A DNA stretch of 64,000 nucleotides from Alphaproteobacteria bacterium. Its GTDB lineage: Bacteria; Pseudomonadota; Alphaproteobacteria; MPNO01. The notes beneath the pieces are model-generated. The model was not told the origin of the DNA. It saw only the letters and a program-made list of their open reading frames with translations, and ran no database searches. Shown here in pieces: positions 20,542 through 29,400 of this stretch. A program made the position numbers and the translations under genes. The DNA is taken from positions 1,120,001 through 1,184,000 of the forward strand of contig CBDFLJ010000001.1 in the NCBI GenBank assembly GCA_965248835.1, given 5' to 3'. The first letter of the stretch is position 1; every line of letters starts with the position of its first letter.

Positions 20542-21366
20542 TCAGATGAAGCTCGAGCCGCCGTCGACCACGAGGTTCTGGCCGGAAACGTAGGAGGCTT
20601 CCTCCGAGCACAGGAACAGCATCGCCTTGGCGAGGTCGTGAATCGTGCCCTGGCGCTGCACCGCCTGGGCCTCGGTCATGGTCTTGAACATATGCCGCGG
20701 CACCGAGGGGCGGTCGATCTCGGTCTGCATCACGCCGGGCCAGAAGGTGTTGACGGTGATGTTCCACGCGCCGAGCTCGCGCGCCATCGACCGCGTCATG
20801 CCGACCATCGCCGATTTCGAGGTGATGTAGTGGAGGTAGTTGGGCCGGCCCTTCACATGGGTGCCCGAGGAGATGTTGATGATCCGCCCCCAGCGCGCAT
20901 CCATCATCGCCGGCACGACGGCGCGCGCGCACAGCATCGAGCCGGTGATGTTGACGTGCATGGCGGCCTTCCATTCCTCGACAGGGAGCTCCCAGAACGG
21001 CGCCATGGTGATCTTCGAGAACACCGCGGCGTTGTTGATCAGCACGTCGATCCGACCGAACCCCTCCAACGTCCCTGCCGCCAGCGCCTCGGCGGATTGC
21101 TCGTCGCCGACATCGGTCGGGATCGCCAGCGCCCGGCCCTGCTTGGCCCGGACCTCCTCGGCAACCCGCTCGCCGTCATCGCCGTTGATCTCGGCGATCA
21201 CCGGGATCGCGCCCTGGGCGGCGAAATAATGAGCATAGCCGCGGCCGATGCCCTGGCCGCCGCCGGTGATGATCACCACCCGGTCCTTGAGGCTGTCGTA
21301 ATGGGCGGTCTTGTCGACATCGATCCGCGCGTAGTCGATATTGCCGAAATCGAAATCCTCGTCCAT
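20542..21366 (-). CDS. SDR family oxidoreductase
   Basis: TGGGQGIG, NNAA, YITSK. Confidence 0.9.
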   Translation of the reverse strand: MDEDFDFGNIDYARIDVDKTAHYDSLKDRVVIITGGGQGIGRGYAHYFAAQGAIPVIAEINGDDGERVAEEVRAKQGRALAIPTDVGDEQSAEALAAGTLEGFGRIDVLINNAAVFSKITMAPFWELPVEEWKAAMHVNITGSMLCARAVVPAMMDARWGRIINISSGTHVKGRPNYLHYITSKSAMVGMTRSMARELGAWNITVNTFWPGVMQTEIDRPSVPRHMFKTMTEAQAVQRQGTIHDLAKAMLFLCSEEASYVSGQNLVVDGGSSFI

Positions 21367-21379
21367 CGCCCTCTCCGGC

Positions 21380-22003
21380 TCAGCTTTGCTGCGGCTTGGC
21401 GCCGGCATGCTCCATCAGCTTGACCAGCACCTCGTAGGGCTGGGCGCCGACCACGCCGTAGCCGGCAGCGGCATAGGTCGGCACCCCGGTCACGCCCATG
21501 TCGCGGGACCGCGACCAGTCCTCGTCGACGGCGTCCTTGAAGGTCCGGTCCGCCAACACCGCGCGCGCGGCCTCGCCCGATAGCCCGGCCTCCTCGACGA
21601 GGGCGATCAGCGTGTCGGGATCGCCGATATTGCGGCCGTCGACGAAATAGGCGCGATAGAGCGCCTCGTGCAGCGCAGCGCCGCCGTCCTGGGTGTCGGC
21701 CCACTTGCCGACCTCCTGGGCGAGCCGGCTGTTGTAGGTGTGGGTGCGGCGGTTGTATTCCAGACCCTCGGCATCCATCAGGCCTTTCATGCGGTTGTAG
21801 GACGCATCGAGGTCGACGTTGCGGCCGGCGAACAGCGACTCCAGGGTCATGCCCTCGGCCGGGGTTTCGGGGTGCAGCGGGAAGTGCACCATCCTGACAT
21901 CGACGTCATAGGCCTGGCTGAGCTTTTCAATACGCACGGTACTGAGATAGCACCAGGGTCAGACGTAGTCGGTGAACACTTCCAGCGTGATCGGCTCGGC
22001 CAT
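21380..22003 (-). CDS. DsbA/FrnE-like thiol oxidoreductase, predicted selenoprotein (U15-P-W-C18)
   Basis: AAGGAGG RBS, ATG 22003, MAEPITLEVFTDYV-TGA(21961..21959)-PWCYLSTVRIEKL, in frame with ORF 21380..21937 (FPLHP, cis-Pro GVTGVPT, GAQP). SECIS-like hairpin follows; selA and selB are in the window. Confidence 0.9.
21913..21957 (-). promoter_or_regulatory. Bacterial SECIS element
   Basis: Upper stem UCAGUAC(21945-21939)/GUAUUGA(21933-21927) with loop CGUGC; the loop starts 20 nt after the UGA and has G at position 2. Lower stem CCUGG(21957-21953)/CCAGG(21917-21913). Confidence 0.78.
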
Positions 22004-22168
22004 CGGCGGCCTCCTTGCGGCTGGTTGGGTCCGCGCAGTCTAGAGCAGTTTGCCGGCGCGCGAAAACGGCGCTTCATACGGGGTGATCGAGGCGCGTTCG
22101 TCTCGCGGGCGGCGCCGGCGCGCGGCAGGTTGCTTGACCGTGGTCCTGCGTCGCCTACGATGGCCGGC

Positions 22169-23500
22169 ATGATCCCGGCCGATGAGAACGAGCGCCTGAC
22201 CCGGACCGGCCACGGCACGCCGATGGGCGCGGTGATGCGGCACTACTGGCAGCCGCTGGCGCTCACCGAAGAGTTGCCGGCCGCACGCCCGCTCACGGAG
22301 GCCCGCGTGCTGGGCGAGGATATCGTGGTCTTCCGCAACGAGGCCGGAAGCTATGGCGCGCTGGCCCGGCAGTGCGCCCACCGCGCCGGCGATCTCGCCT
22401 ACGGCCGGCTCGAGGACGGCGGGCTGCGCTGCCCCTATCACGGCTGGCTCTACGACATCGCCGGGCGCTGCCTGGAGCAGCCGGCCGAGCCGGCCGGCTC
22501 GCGCTATCACGACAGGATCCACCATACCGCCTATCCGTGCATCGAGCGCAACGGCATCGTCTACGGCTACATGGGCCCGGGCGCGCCGCCCGCCCTGCCC
22601 GGCTTCGATTGGCACGACGCGCCGGCGCCGCACATCTTCGTCTTCAAGGGGCTGCAGCGGGCGAACTGGCTGCAGGCGGTCGAGGGCGAGATCGACCCCT
22701 CGCACCTGTCCTATCTCCACCGCTACCTGCGCGAGGAGATCGATGCCGACGCCTCCTACGGGTTCAAGCAGTTCCGCGAGACCGCGGGCGATACCGAGGT
22801 TTCCGTCACCCGGATCCTGCGCGAGGTGCCCAACCCGCGGCTGGAGATCGAGCGCACCGATTTCGGCGTCCGCGTCTATGCGCTGCGCGATGCGGGGGGC
22901 TTCACCTACACGCGGGTGACCAACTTCTTGTTCCCGAACACTGCCGTGGTCGCGATCGGCGACTGGTCGCTGGTCCAGACCCACGTGCCGATCGACGACG
23001 AACACAACTGGCGCTACGACATCTTCTACGCCTTCGACGATTCGCTGGACCGCGACGGGCTGCGGCGCGAGCGGTTGAAGACCTATTGCGTCCCCGGATA
23101 CCGGCCAACGCGCAACCTGGAGAACCGCTACGGCTTCGATCCGGACGAGCAGCGCGCCGGCACCTATGCCGGGGTGGGCTTCGACTTCAACGTCCACGAC
23201 ACGATGATCCTGGAGGGCCAGGGTGCGGTCCAGGACCGCACGCGCGAGAACCTCGCCTACACCGACATGGCGATCATCGCGGCCCGCAAGATGCTGGCCG
23301 AAGCGATGGAGGACGGCGCGGTGCTGCCGATGACCGGCCCGGACGGCGCGGCGCGGCGGTTCGACGACCTGGTGAGCATCGATGCGGTGACCGGCTCCGA
23401 GGACTGGCGCACCGGCTGGGTCGACAAGCAGATCGCCCGCCGCGCCGCCTCCCCCTGGGCCGGGACGATCGCCGCCCCGCGGCTGGCGGCGCTGGGCTGA
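22169..23500 (+). CDS. Rieske oxygenase, phthalate 4,5-dioxygenase/LigX family
   Basis: ENERLTRTG.GTPMG..MRHYWQP N-terminus; CAH...CPYH; EGEIDPSHLSYLH. Alternative ATG at 22160. Confidence 0.9.
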   Translation: MIPADENERLTRTGHGTPMGAVMRHYWQPLALTEELPAARPLTEARVLGEDIVVFRNEAGSYGALARQCAHRAGDLAYGRLEDGGLRCPYHGWLYDIAGRCLEQPAEPAGSRYHDRIHHTAYPCIERNGIVYGYMGPGAPPALPGFDWHDAPAPHIFVFKGLQRANWLQAVEGEIDPSHLSYLHRYLREEIDADASYGFKQFRETAGDTEVSVTRILREVPNPRLEIERTDFGVRVYALRDAGGFTYTRVTNFLFPNTAVVAIGDWSLVQTHVPIDDEHNWRYDIFYAFDDSLDRDGLRRERLKTYCVPGYRPTRNLENRYGFDPDEQRAGTYAGVGFDFNVHDTMILEGQGAVQDRTRENLAYTDMAIIAARKMLAEAMEDGAVLPMTGPDGAARRFDDLVSIDAVTGSEDWRTGWVDKQIARRAASPWAGTIAAPRLAALG

Positions 23501-23525
23501 GCCGCCCGGCCGGCAGGCAGGCCGA

Positions 23526-25232
23526 TCAGGCCGGGTCCATGCCGTCGACCGGGCCGGGGTCGGAGATGCCGGGGCCGAAGACCTCGCGGCCGCCGACGAA
23601 GGTGTGCTCGACGCCGATCGCGCCCAGCGCATCCTCGGCGCAGGTCAGCGGGTCGGCGTCGAGCACCACCATGTCGGCCATCTTGCCGGCTTCGAGCGTG
23701 CCCTTGCGGTCCTCTTCCCAGGTCACCAGGGCGCCGGCCTGGCAGACCAGACGCAGCGCCTCCTCGCGGGTCAGCCGGCTGTCGCCGAGGCGGCGGCCGG
23801 AATCGGCGTCGTAGCGGGCAAGCGCCTCCCACATCGTCCACAGCATCGAGTACGGCACGTTGTCCGAGGACAGCGCCACCGGAACGCCTTCATCCAGCAG
23901 GGCGCGGATCGGCATCGCGCGGGCGCCGATCTCGTGCAGGTTGAAGCGGTCCGAGGCCATGTACATGAAGTTCGGCGTCACGGTGGCGATCACCCCGAGC
24001 GCCTTCATGCGCCGGATCTGGTCGGCGCTCGCCTCGATGACGTGGATCATCACCCATCGCCGGTCGCGGATCGAGACCTGCGCATCGATCGCCTCGTAGG
24101 CCTTGAGCACCCGCTCGAGGTCATAGCAGATCAGGCAGCTCAGCCGGATGCCCAGCCGGGCCGCGTGGACGCCGATCTCGACGAAGCGGTCGTGCGCAAG
24201 ACAATGATAGAAATGCCCGGCCCAGGCCTCGTAGGGGTAGTCGGCGCCGATGATGGCGGCGGCCTCGGCATTGGCGACGTCCACGCACGCGCCCTCGAAG
24301 CGCAGCATGTCATCGCCGCTGCCGCGCCCGGCAAGGCGCGTGGCCCATTCGTCGAGGATCCCGGCGAGCCTGCGGTCCTCGACCGAGGCGCCGGGCACGC
24401 TGAGCGGCAGGTGGGCGCGGACCACCAGATCGCCGTCCTCGTGGATCCGGCGGTAGGCCTCCAGGATCGCCGGTGTCAGCCCGTGTCCCTCGTAGATGCT
24501 GGTCGTGCCGGCCGCCGCGTAGGCCGCCGCTCCCAGCCGGCAGCCGGCAATGCGGTCCTCGAAGGTGATGCGGGGCGCCTTGCGCATCAGCGTGTACTCG
24601 ATCACCGGGGCATAGGAGTGGTCGAGGAAGACGCCGGTCGGATCGCCCCGCTCGTCCTTGAGGATCTCGACGTTGTAGGGCGCCGCGGTGTCGCGGCCGA
24701 TGCCGCAGGCAAGCAGCGCCGCGCTGTTGGCGACGCAGACGAACGGGCGGTGGACCCACCATCCCCAGGGCACACGGATATAGACCGGGTTGTCCGGTGA
24801 GACAGCGTCGAGGTCGTGGCGGGTGGGAAACCGGCCTTCGGCGAGCTGATCGGGTCGGCTGATATAGCTGAGCTTGGGCGTGCCCATGGGCATGAAGACC
24901 ACCCATTCGCCCTTGGGCGTGCGCGCGACCGCGCTGCGGACCGCCTCGGTGATCGAAGCCACCGAATGCCGTCCGGCCAGCGAATAGCCGCCGCGCGCCT
25001 TCAGCCCTTCGCGGTCCATATGGGCGTGGGTGTCGATGAAGCCGGGACAGACGACGCGCCCGGCCAGATCGATCACCCGGCTGGCGCGGCCGCGCCCGGC
25101 CAGGACCGCATCATCGGAGCCCACCGCGGAAATGCGTCCGGCCCGCGCCGCGACGGCCTCGGCGATCCGCGATCGACCGTCCAGGGTGATCACCGTCCCG
25201 CCGTGCAGAATCAGATCGTGTTCGGGAAACAT
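23526..25232 (-). CDS. Amidohydrolase_3 (YtcJ/NfdA-like) protein
   Basis: VIDLAGRVVCPGFIDTHAH, DLDAVSPDNPV, ALSSD, KGTLEAGKMADMVVL. Confidence 0.87.
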   Translation of the reverse strand: MFPEHDLILHGGTVITLDGRSRIAEAVAARAGRISAVGSDDAVLAGRGRASRVIDLAGRVVCPGFIDTHAHMDREGLKARGGYSLAGRHSVASITEAVRSAVARTPKGEWVVFMPMGTPKLSYISRPDQLAEGRFPTRHDLDAVSPDNPVYIRVPWGWWVHRPFVCVANSAALLACGIGRDTAAPYNVEILKDERGDPTGVFLDHSYAPVIEYTLMRKAPRITFEDRIAGCRLGAAAYAAAGTTSIYEGHGLTPAILEAYRRIHEDGDLVVRAHLPLSVPGASVEDRRLAGILDEWATRLAGRGSGDDMLRFEGACVDVANAEAAAIIGADYPYEAWAGHFYHCLAHDRFVEIGVHAARLGIRLSCLICYDLERVLKAYEAIDAQVSIRDRRWVMIHVIEASADQIRRMKALGVIATVTPNFMYMASDRFNLHEIGARAMPIRALLDEGVPVALSSDNVPYSMLWTMWEALARYDADSGRRLGDSRLTREEALRLVCQAGALVTWEEDRKGTLEAGKMADMVVLDADPLTCAEDALGAIGVEHTFVGGREVFGPGISDPGPVDGMDPA

Positions 25233-25359
25233 GGTCCGGCTTCTCTCCCACGGCGCAACCGGCGTCGGCTTTGATCAACGAAACGATCTTGCATGGGAAG
25301 TCCCGCCCGCCGCAACACCCCCGCCCGTGGGCGCTGCATGCGCGCGGTGCGCGGCGTAG

Positions 25360-25386
25360 GGTAGACGATGCAGATCATGATCTACC
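25360..25386. promoter_or_regulatory. Putative VapBC autoregulatory operator
   Basis: GGTAGA-N15-TCTACC inverted repeat overlapping the perfect palindrome AGATCATGATCT (25372-25383), 12 bp upstream of vapB. Confidence 0.5.
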
Positions 25387-25398
25387 TTGGGGTTGGCA

Positions 25399-25656
25399 AT
25401 GAGCCTCAACATCAAGAATGAAGAGACCTGCCGGCTGGCGGGCGAGTTGGCGCGGCTGACCGGCGAGACCATGACCGGCGCGATCACCGTCGCGCTGCGC
25501 GAGCGCCTGGAGCGTGAGAAGCGGCTGCGCGACGTGGAGGCCCGCATTGAAGAGCTGGTTGCCATCGGGCGCCGCTGCGCCAAGCTTATGGGGCCTGGGC
25601 CGTCCGCCGCGGAGCACGGCGACATGCTCTACGACGAGCGGGGATTGCCCAAGTGA
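25399..25656 (+). CDS. vapB: VapB antitoxin (Rv0623-like)
   Basis: MSLNIKNEET..LA.ELARLTGE.MT.AI..AL.ERL and C-terminal LYDERGLP; 4-bp overlap with vapC. Confidence 0.9.
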   Translation: MSLNIKNEETCRLAGELARLTGETMTGAITVALRERLEREKRLRDVEARIEELVAIGRRCAKLMGPGPSAAEHGDMLYDERGLPK

Positions 25657-26039
25657 TCGTCGACAGCTCCGCAATGTTGGCTGTCCTGCTCGACGAAACC
25701 GACGCGAAGCACTATGACCAGGCGATCATGACGGCAGCACCCTGCCGCATGTCGGCCGCCAACGTGTTGGTGGTATCCATCGTTGTCGAAAGCCGCGGCG
25801 GCGCGGCGGCGGGGCACGAACTCGATATATTCCTGGGACACGCCGCGATCGAACTGGCGACGGTCACGGTGGAACACATGGAAGCGGCCCGGCGTGCCTG
25901 GCAGCGCTTCGGCAGCGGCAACCGCCCGGCGGCGCTGAACTTCGGCGACTGCTTCGCCTACGCGCTCGCCAGCGTCACCGGCGAGCCTCTGCTGTTCAAG
26001 GGCGAAAATTTCTTCCGAACCGATATCGCGGCGGCGTGA
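25653..26039 (+). CDS. vapC: VapC PIN-domain toxin
   Basis: MIVDSSA, LNFGDCFAYALA, PLLFKGENF..TDI. Confidence 0.9.
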   Translation: MIVDSSAMLAVLLDETDAKHYDQAIMTAAPCRMSAANVLVVSIVVESRGGAAAGHELDIFLGHAAIELATVTVEHMEAARRAWQRFGSGNRPAALNFGDCFAYALASVTGEPLLFKGENFFRTDIAAA

Positions 26040-26150
26040 ACGCGAAGACGGAACAGCGTAACCCGGTGGCGGGGCGCCGCGCGTGCCGACGGCGCAAGAA
26101 CAGGACACGCTGGTCTCGGAACTCGCCGAGCGGCCCGGCCACAAGAAGGT

Positions 26151-26303
26151 CCGCACGCGCGAGAACCTCGCCTACACCGACATGGCGATCATCGCGGCGG
26201 TTCGACGACCTGGTGAGCATCGATGCGGTGACCAGCTCCGAGGACTGGCGCACCGGCTGGGTCGGCAAGCAGATCGCCCGCCGCGCCGCTTCCCCTGGGC
26301 CGG
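26151..26303 (+). repeat. Degenerate direct copy of 23236..23463 (3' end of the Rieske gene)
   Basis: By-eye alignment: identical except a 74-bp deletion (23284-23357) between CGCGGC microhomologies, 3 substitutions and a 1-bp deletion. Confidence 0.93.
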
Positions 26304-26441
26304 AACGGCGTTCCGGTTTGCCGGCTCACCCCGCATGGGCGCCGGGTCGTAACGGTGAAAAAAAGCGATCGATAACGGACCGTGAACGGCACACGCTCCA
26401 TCGAGTCGTCGAGGTTCGAGCAGACGCGACGGGCGATCCTC

Positions 26442-29400
26442 TCACAGATCGATCTTCGCAGCCGGGTCGCCGGCCGCCAGCGCATTCATCCAAGCAAGGC
26501 AGAGGTCGCGGGAGCGGTAACCGCCGTAGGCGTCCGTCTGCTGGCGCTCCACGATGGGAAAAGTCGAGAAGACGTGGCGGACATCGTCGCGGTCGGTGAC
26601 GCCGTAGAGGTGGAAGAACACGGCATCGAGCTTGGCACGCAGATGCAGCCGGCGTTCCTCGTCCCAGGAGAAGGGCGGAAGAACCGCGCCGGTTTCGTCC
26701 ACATGCCCCATGTCGCGGGCGAACGGCGCCATGTCGTGGGCCGTGTAGGTCAGTTCCAGAACCGCCTCGCGGACGATCTCTCCTGCCGTCTTGGGACCGA
26801 AGCGGATGGATCTATATTGCTCTGGTAGGACGATGGGGAGCTGCTCGACAATATACCAATTGAGGTGAGTGCTTTGAGCTTTCCGGCGGACCACGAAATC
26901 AAGGACGACGGCACCAAAATTAGCCAGCAACAGCGCAGCCGATCGATCGCTGTGCATGTCTTCGAGAAAAATTGCCGGCGCGGTATTCCCCAATCCGACC
27001 AAAGGCACGGCCGATGCGATCATGGTCCGAGCGTCAGTCGCACGGGCAATGTCACGGAAAGCAATCGTCCATTTTAGACCGTGTGGAAACGATACGTTGC
27101 TCGCCGGCACCCAGTACTGTGGAATGGGTGTGAAATTCGGGTTAGCCTTTTGCTCCAACGTGATTTTGTCGCTCAAGGCCGGGTTGTGCAGGTTCTCCGC
27201 GTTGGCCTCAATCGACGCGGCGCGATGGTCGAACTGGTGGATCATGCGGCCAACATAGAGCGGCACCCACGCACCGGTCGGGCTATCGAAGCGGTTGCCG
27301 CCGACAGACCATGCGCCCTCCTTCTCCTCCAACTCCTCGCGGGTGCGGAACAGGCCGGAGTCGTTGGTCATATCGAACATGCGGGTGTATTTCACCGGCC
27401 ACGCCTTCACTTCCTTGCCCAACGAGCGGTCCACCAGCACGGGCAGGCGCTCGTAGATCGTAGTGGTCAGTTTGGCGTCGCGGCGCGTGCGGAAGATCGG
27501 CGCGGTGCCGGTATTCGGATTGACGCGGGCGAAATCCACCGGTGTCAACGGAAAGCAACGCTCGGGGTCGTCGAGTTCGGCGACATCGTGAAGATAGAAA
27601 GCACAGTTGGCCGGTTCGTCCATTTGCGTTCGGCCGGCGATGAAGACGCAAAATTTGAACGACGCGTGGACATCGGGAAAGAAGACCTTTTTGTTCTCGA
27701 AGTCGTAAAGCGTCCTCAACCGCCCCTCCGTCGCCACGCCCTTGAAAAACTTTGCCGCCGTCTTGTCCGACGCGATGCCGGACGGAGTGAGAAGTCCGAC
27801 CATGCCGTGGGGTTTGACCAGCGTCATCGCGCGTTCGACGAAGAGCGAGTAGAGGTTTACGTCGCCGCCGGAAAGCAAGGGATAGTCGCCCAAACTTCGC
27901 GCCACGCGGACCGCGGCGGCTGCGCGTTCGCTGGCCAAGGAAAAGTCTTTCGCCAGCGCATCCCCGGCCTTCTCCAAATCGGCGATCAGGCGCTTGCGGT
28001 CCGCGGCGCGCTGGGCGATCGCGATCTCGCGCCGCCGCGCGGCGAACCATTCGACCTGTTGCAGCTTCATCCGGTCCCACGGCGGATTTCCGATCACGGC
28101 GTCGAAACCGTCATGCAACGAGGCGCTTTGCCAGTTCGACCACACACCGGGAAAGGCCGCTTGCCAGTTGAGGAAACGCTCCTCCGAGACGAGTTGCCGG
28201 ATCTCATTCAGCAACCCGGCAAAACGCTCGCTTTCCCGGTGTTCCGCAAGGGGCGCGACCTTTCCCAACGTGATATCGATGGGATCGCCGAACTGACCGC
28301 CGAAAAAGGCCTGCAACGCCGTCTTGCCGTCCCGGTCCCGAACGTCCAGCCAGTCGATGGCGTGCACCAGGGAGAGGACGGCATCGAGCGGCGCGGTCAT
28401 CTCCTCCACTTCAGCAAAGGCCACGGCGGAACGGTGTGCCTCAGCGATCTCGGCATCGGTCAGACTCTCGATCGTTTGCATCGAGCGCGCCGCGCGTTCC
28501 GCCCGGGTCACGGAAGCGTGCAACAGCAGCGGGCTGCCGAACGCGGTCGCCTTGTCTATGCCGCTCCGAGCCCACGCGCCGAACAGGCTGTCGCCGCAAC
28601 GCAGGTGGTGATCCAGAAAGCTCAACGGTGCGCCGACCGTGAAGGTGTGCAGCCAGAGCGCGACCTTGGCCAGTTCGACGGCCATGGGATTCTTGTCGAC
28701 CCCATAGATGCAGCGTTTGAGAACCATGCGCCGGACGATGTGGCGGTCGTCGAGCCGCGCCGGATCGATGGTCCAGCCGCGCTCTCGGGCGTTGGCCGTG
28801 ATGGTGCTGCGGATGACATCGATCCGCTCGGTCAACGGCGAGACATAGCCGTCCACGGCGGCTTCCGCCTCGGCCATGGCCGCGATCACCCGGTCTGCGA
28901 GATAGTCCACGAGGTTAACCAGAAAGTGCCCCGAGCCCATGGCGGGATCGCAGACCTTCAACTCGAGCAGCTTCTCGGCAGGATCGAGCCGCTTCAATCG
29001 CCCGATAAGGCGGTCCATGGGCAGGGCGACCGTGGCACGTTCTGAAACCCCAGCCGCGAAAGCCGCCATTCGCGAGGACACCAGGGGTTCGATCGTTTCC
29101 CGGATGATCAGGCCGACCAGATCGTCGGGCGTGTAATAGCTGCCCGATCCCTTGCGGGCGAATATGTTGGGCCGGACGGCGATCCCGTCGCCGTCGCGGA
29201 CGATCTCGTGCTCGAGAAGCCGCTCGTAGATCGAGCCGAGTTGCTGCACCCCGAGGTCGCGGTAGTTGATATAGCGTCGCCCCTCGGGGGTGCGCTCGAA
29301 CGACAGCGCGTCGATCACCGCGGCCATGACTTCGTCGCTGAGACGAACCCGCCCCAGCAGCGGCGTGCGCTCCCGGTCGAACAGCCCGCCATTGTATGGC

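Noticed and set aside
21959-21961. Nonsense mutation/pseudogene reading of the TGA in the DsbA-like gene
   Set aside because: The TGA falls exactly on the catalytic Cys, is followed by a SECIS-like hairpin, the rest of the gene is intact, and selAB are present.
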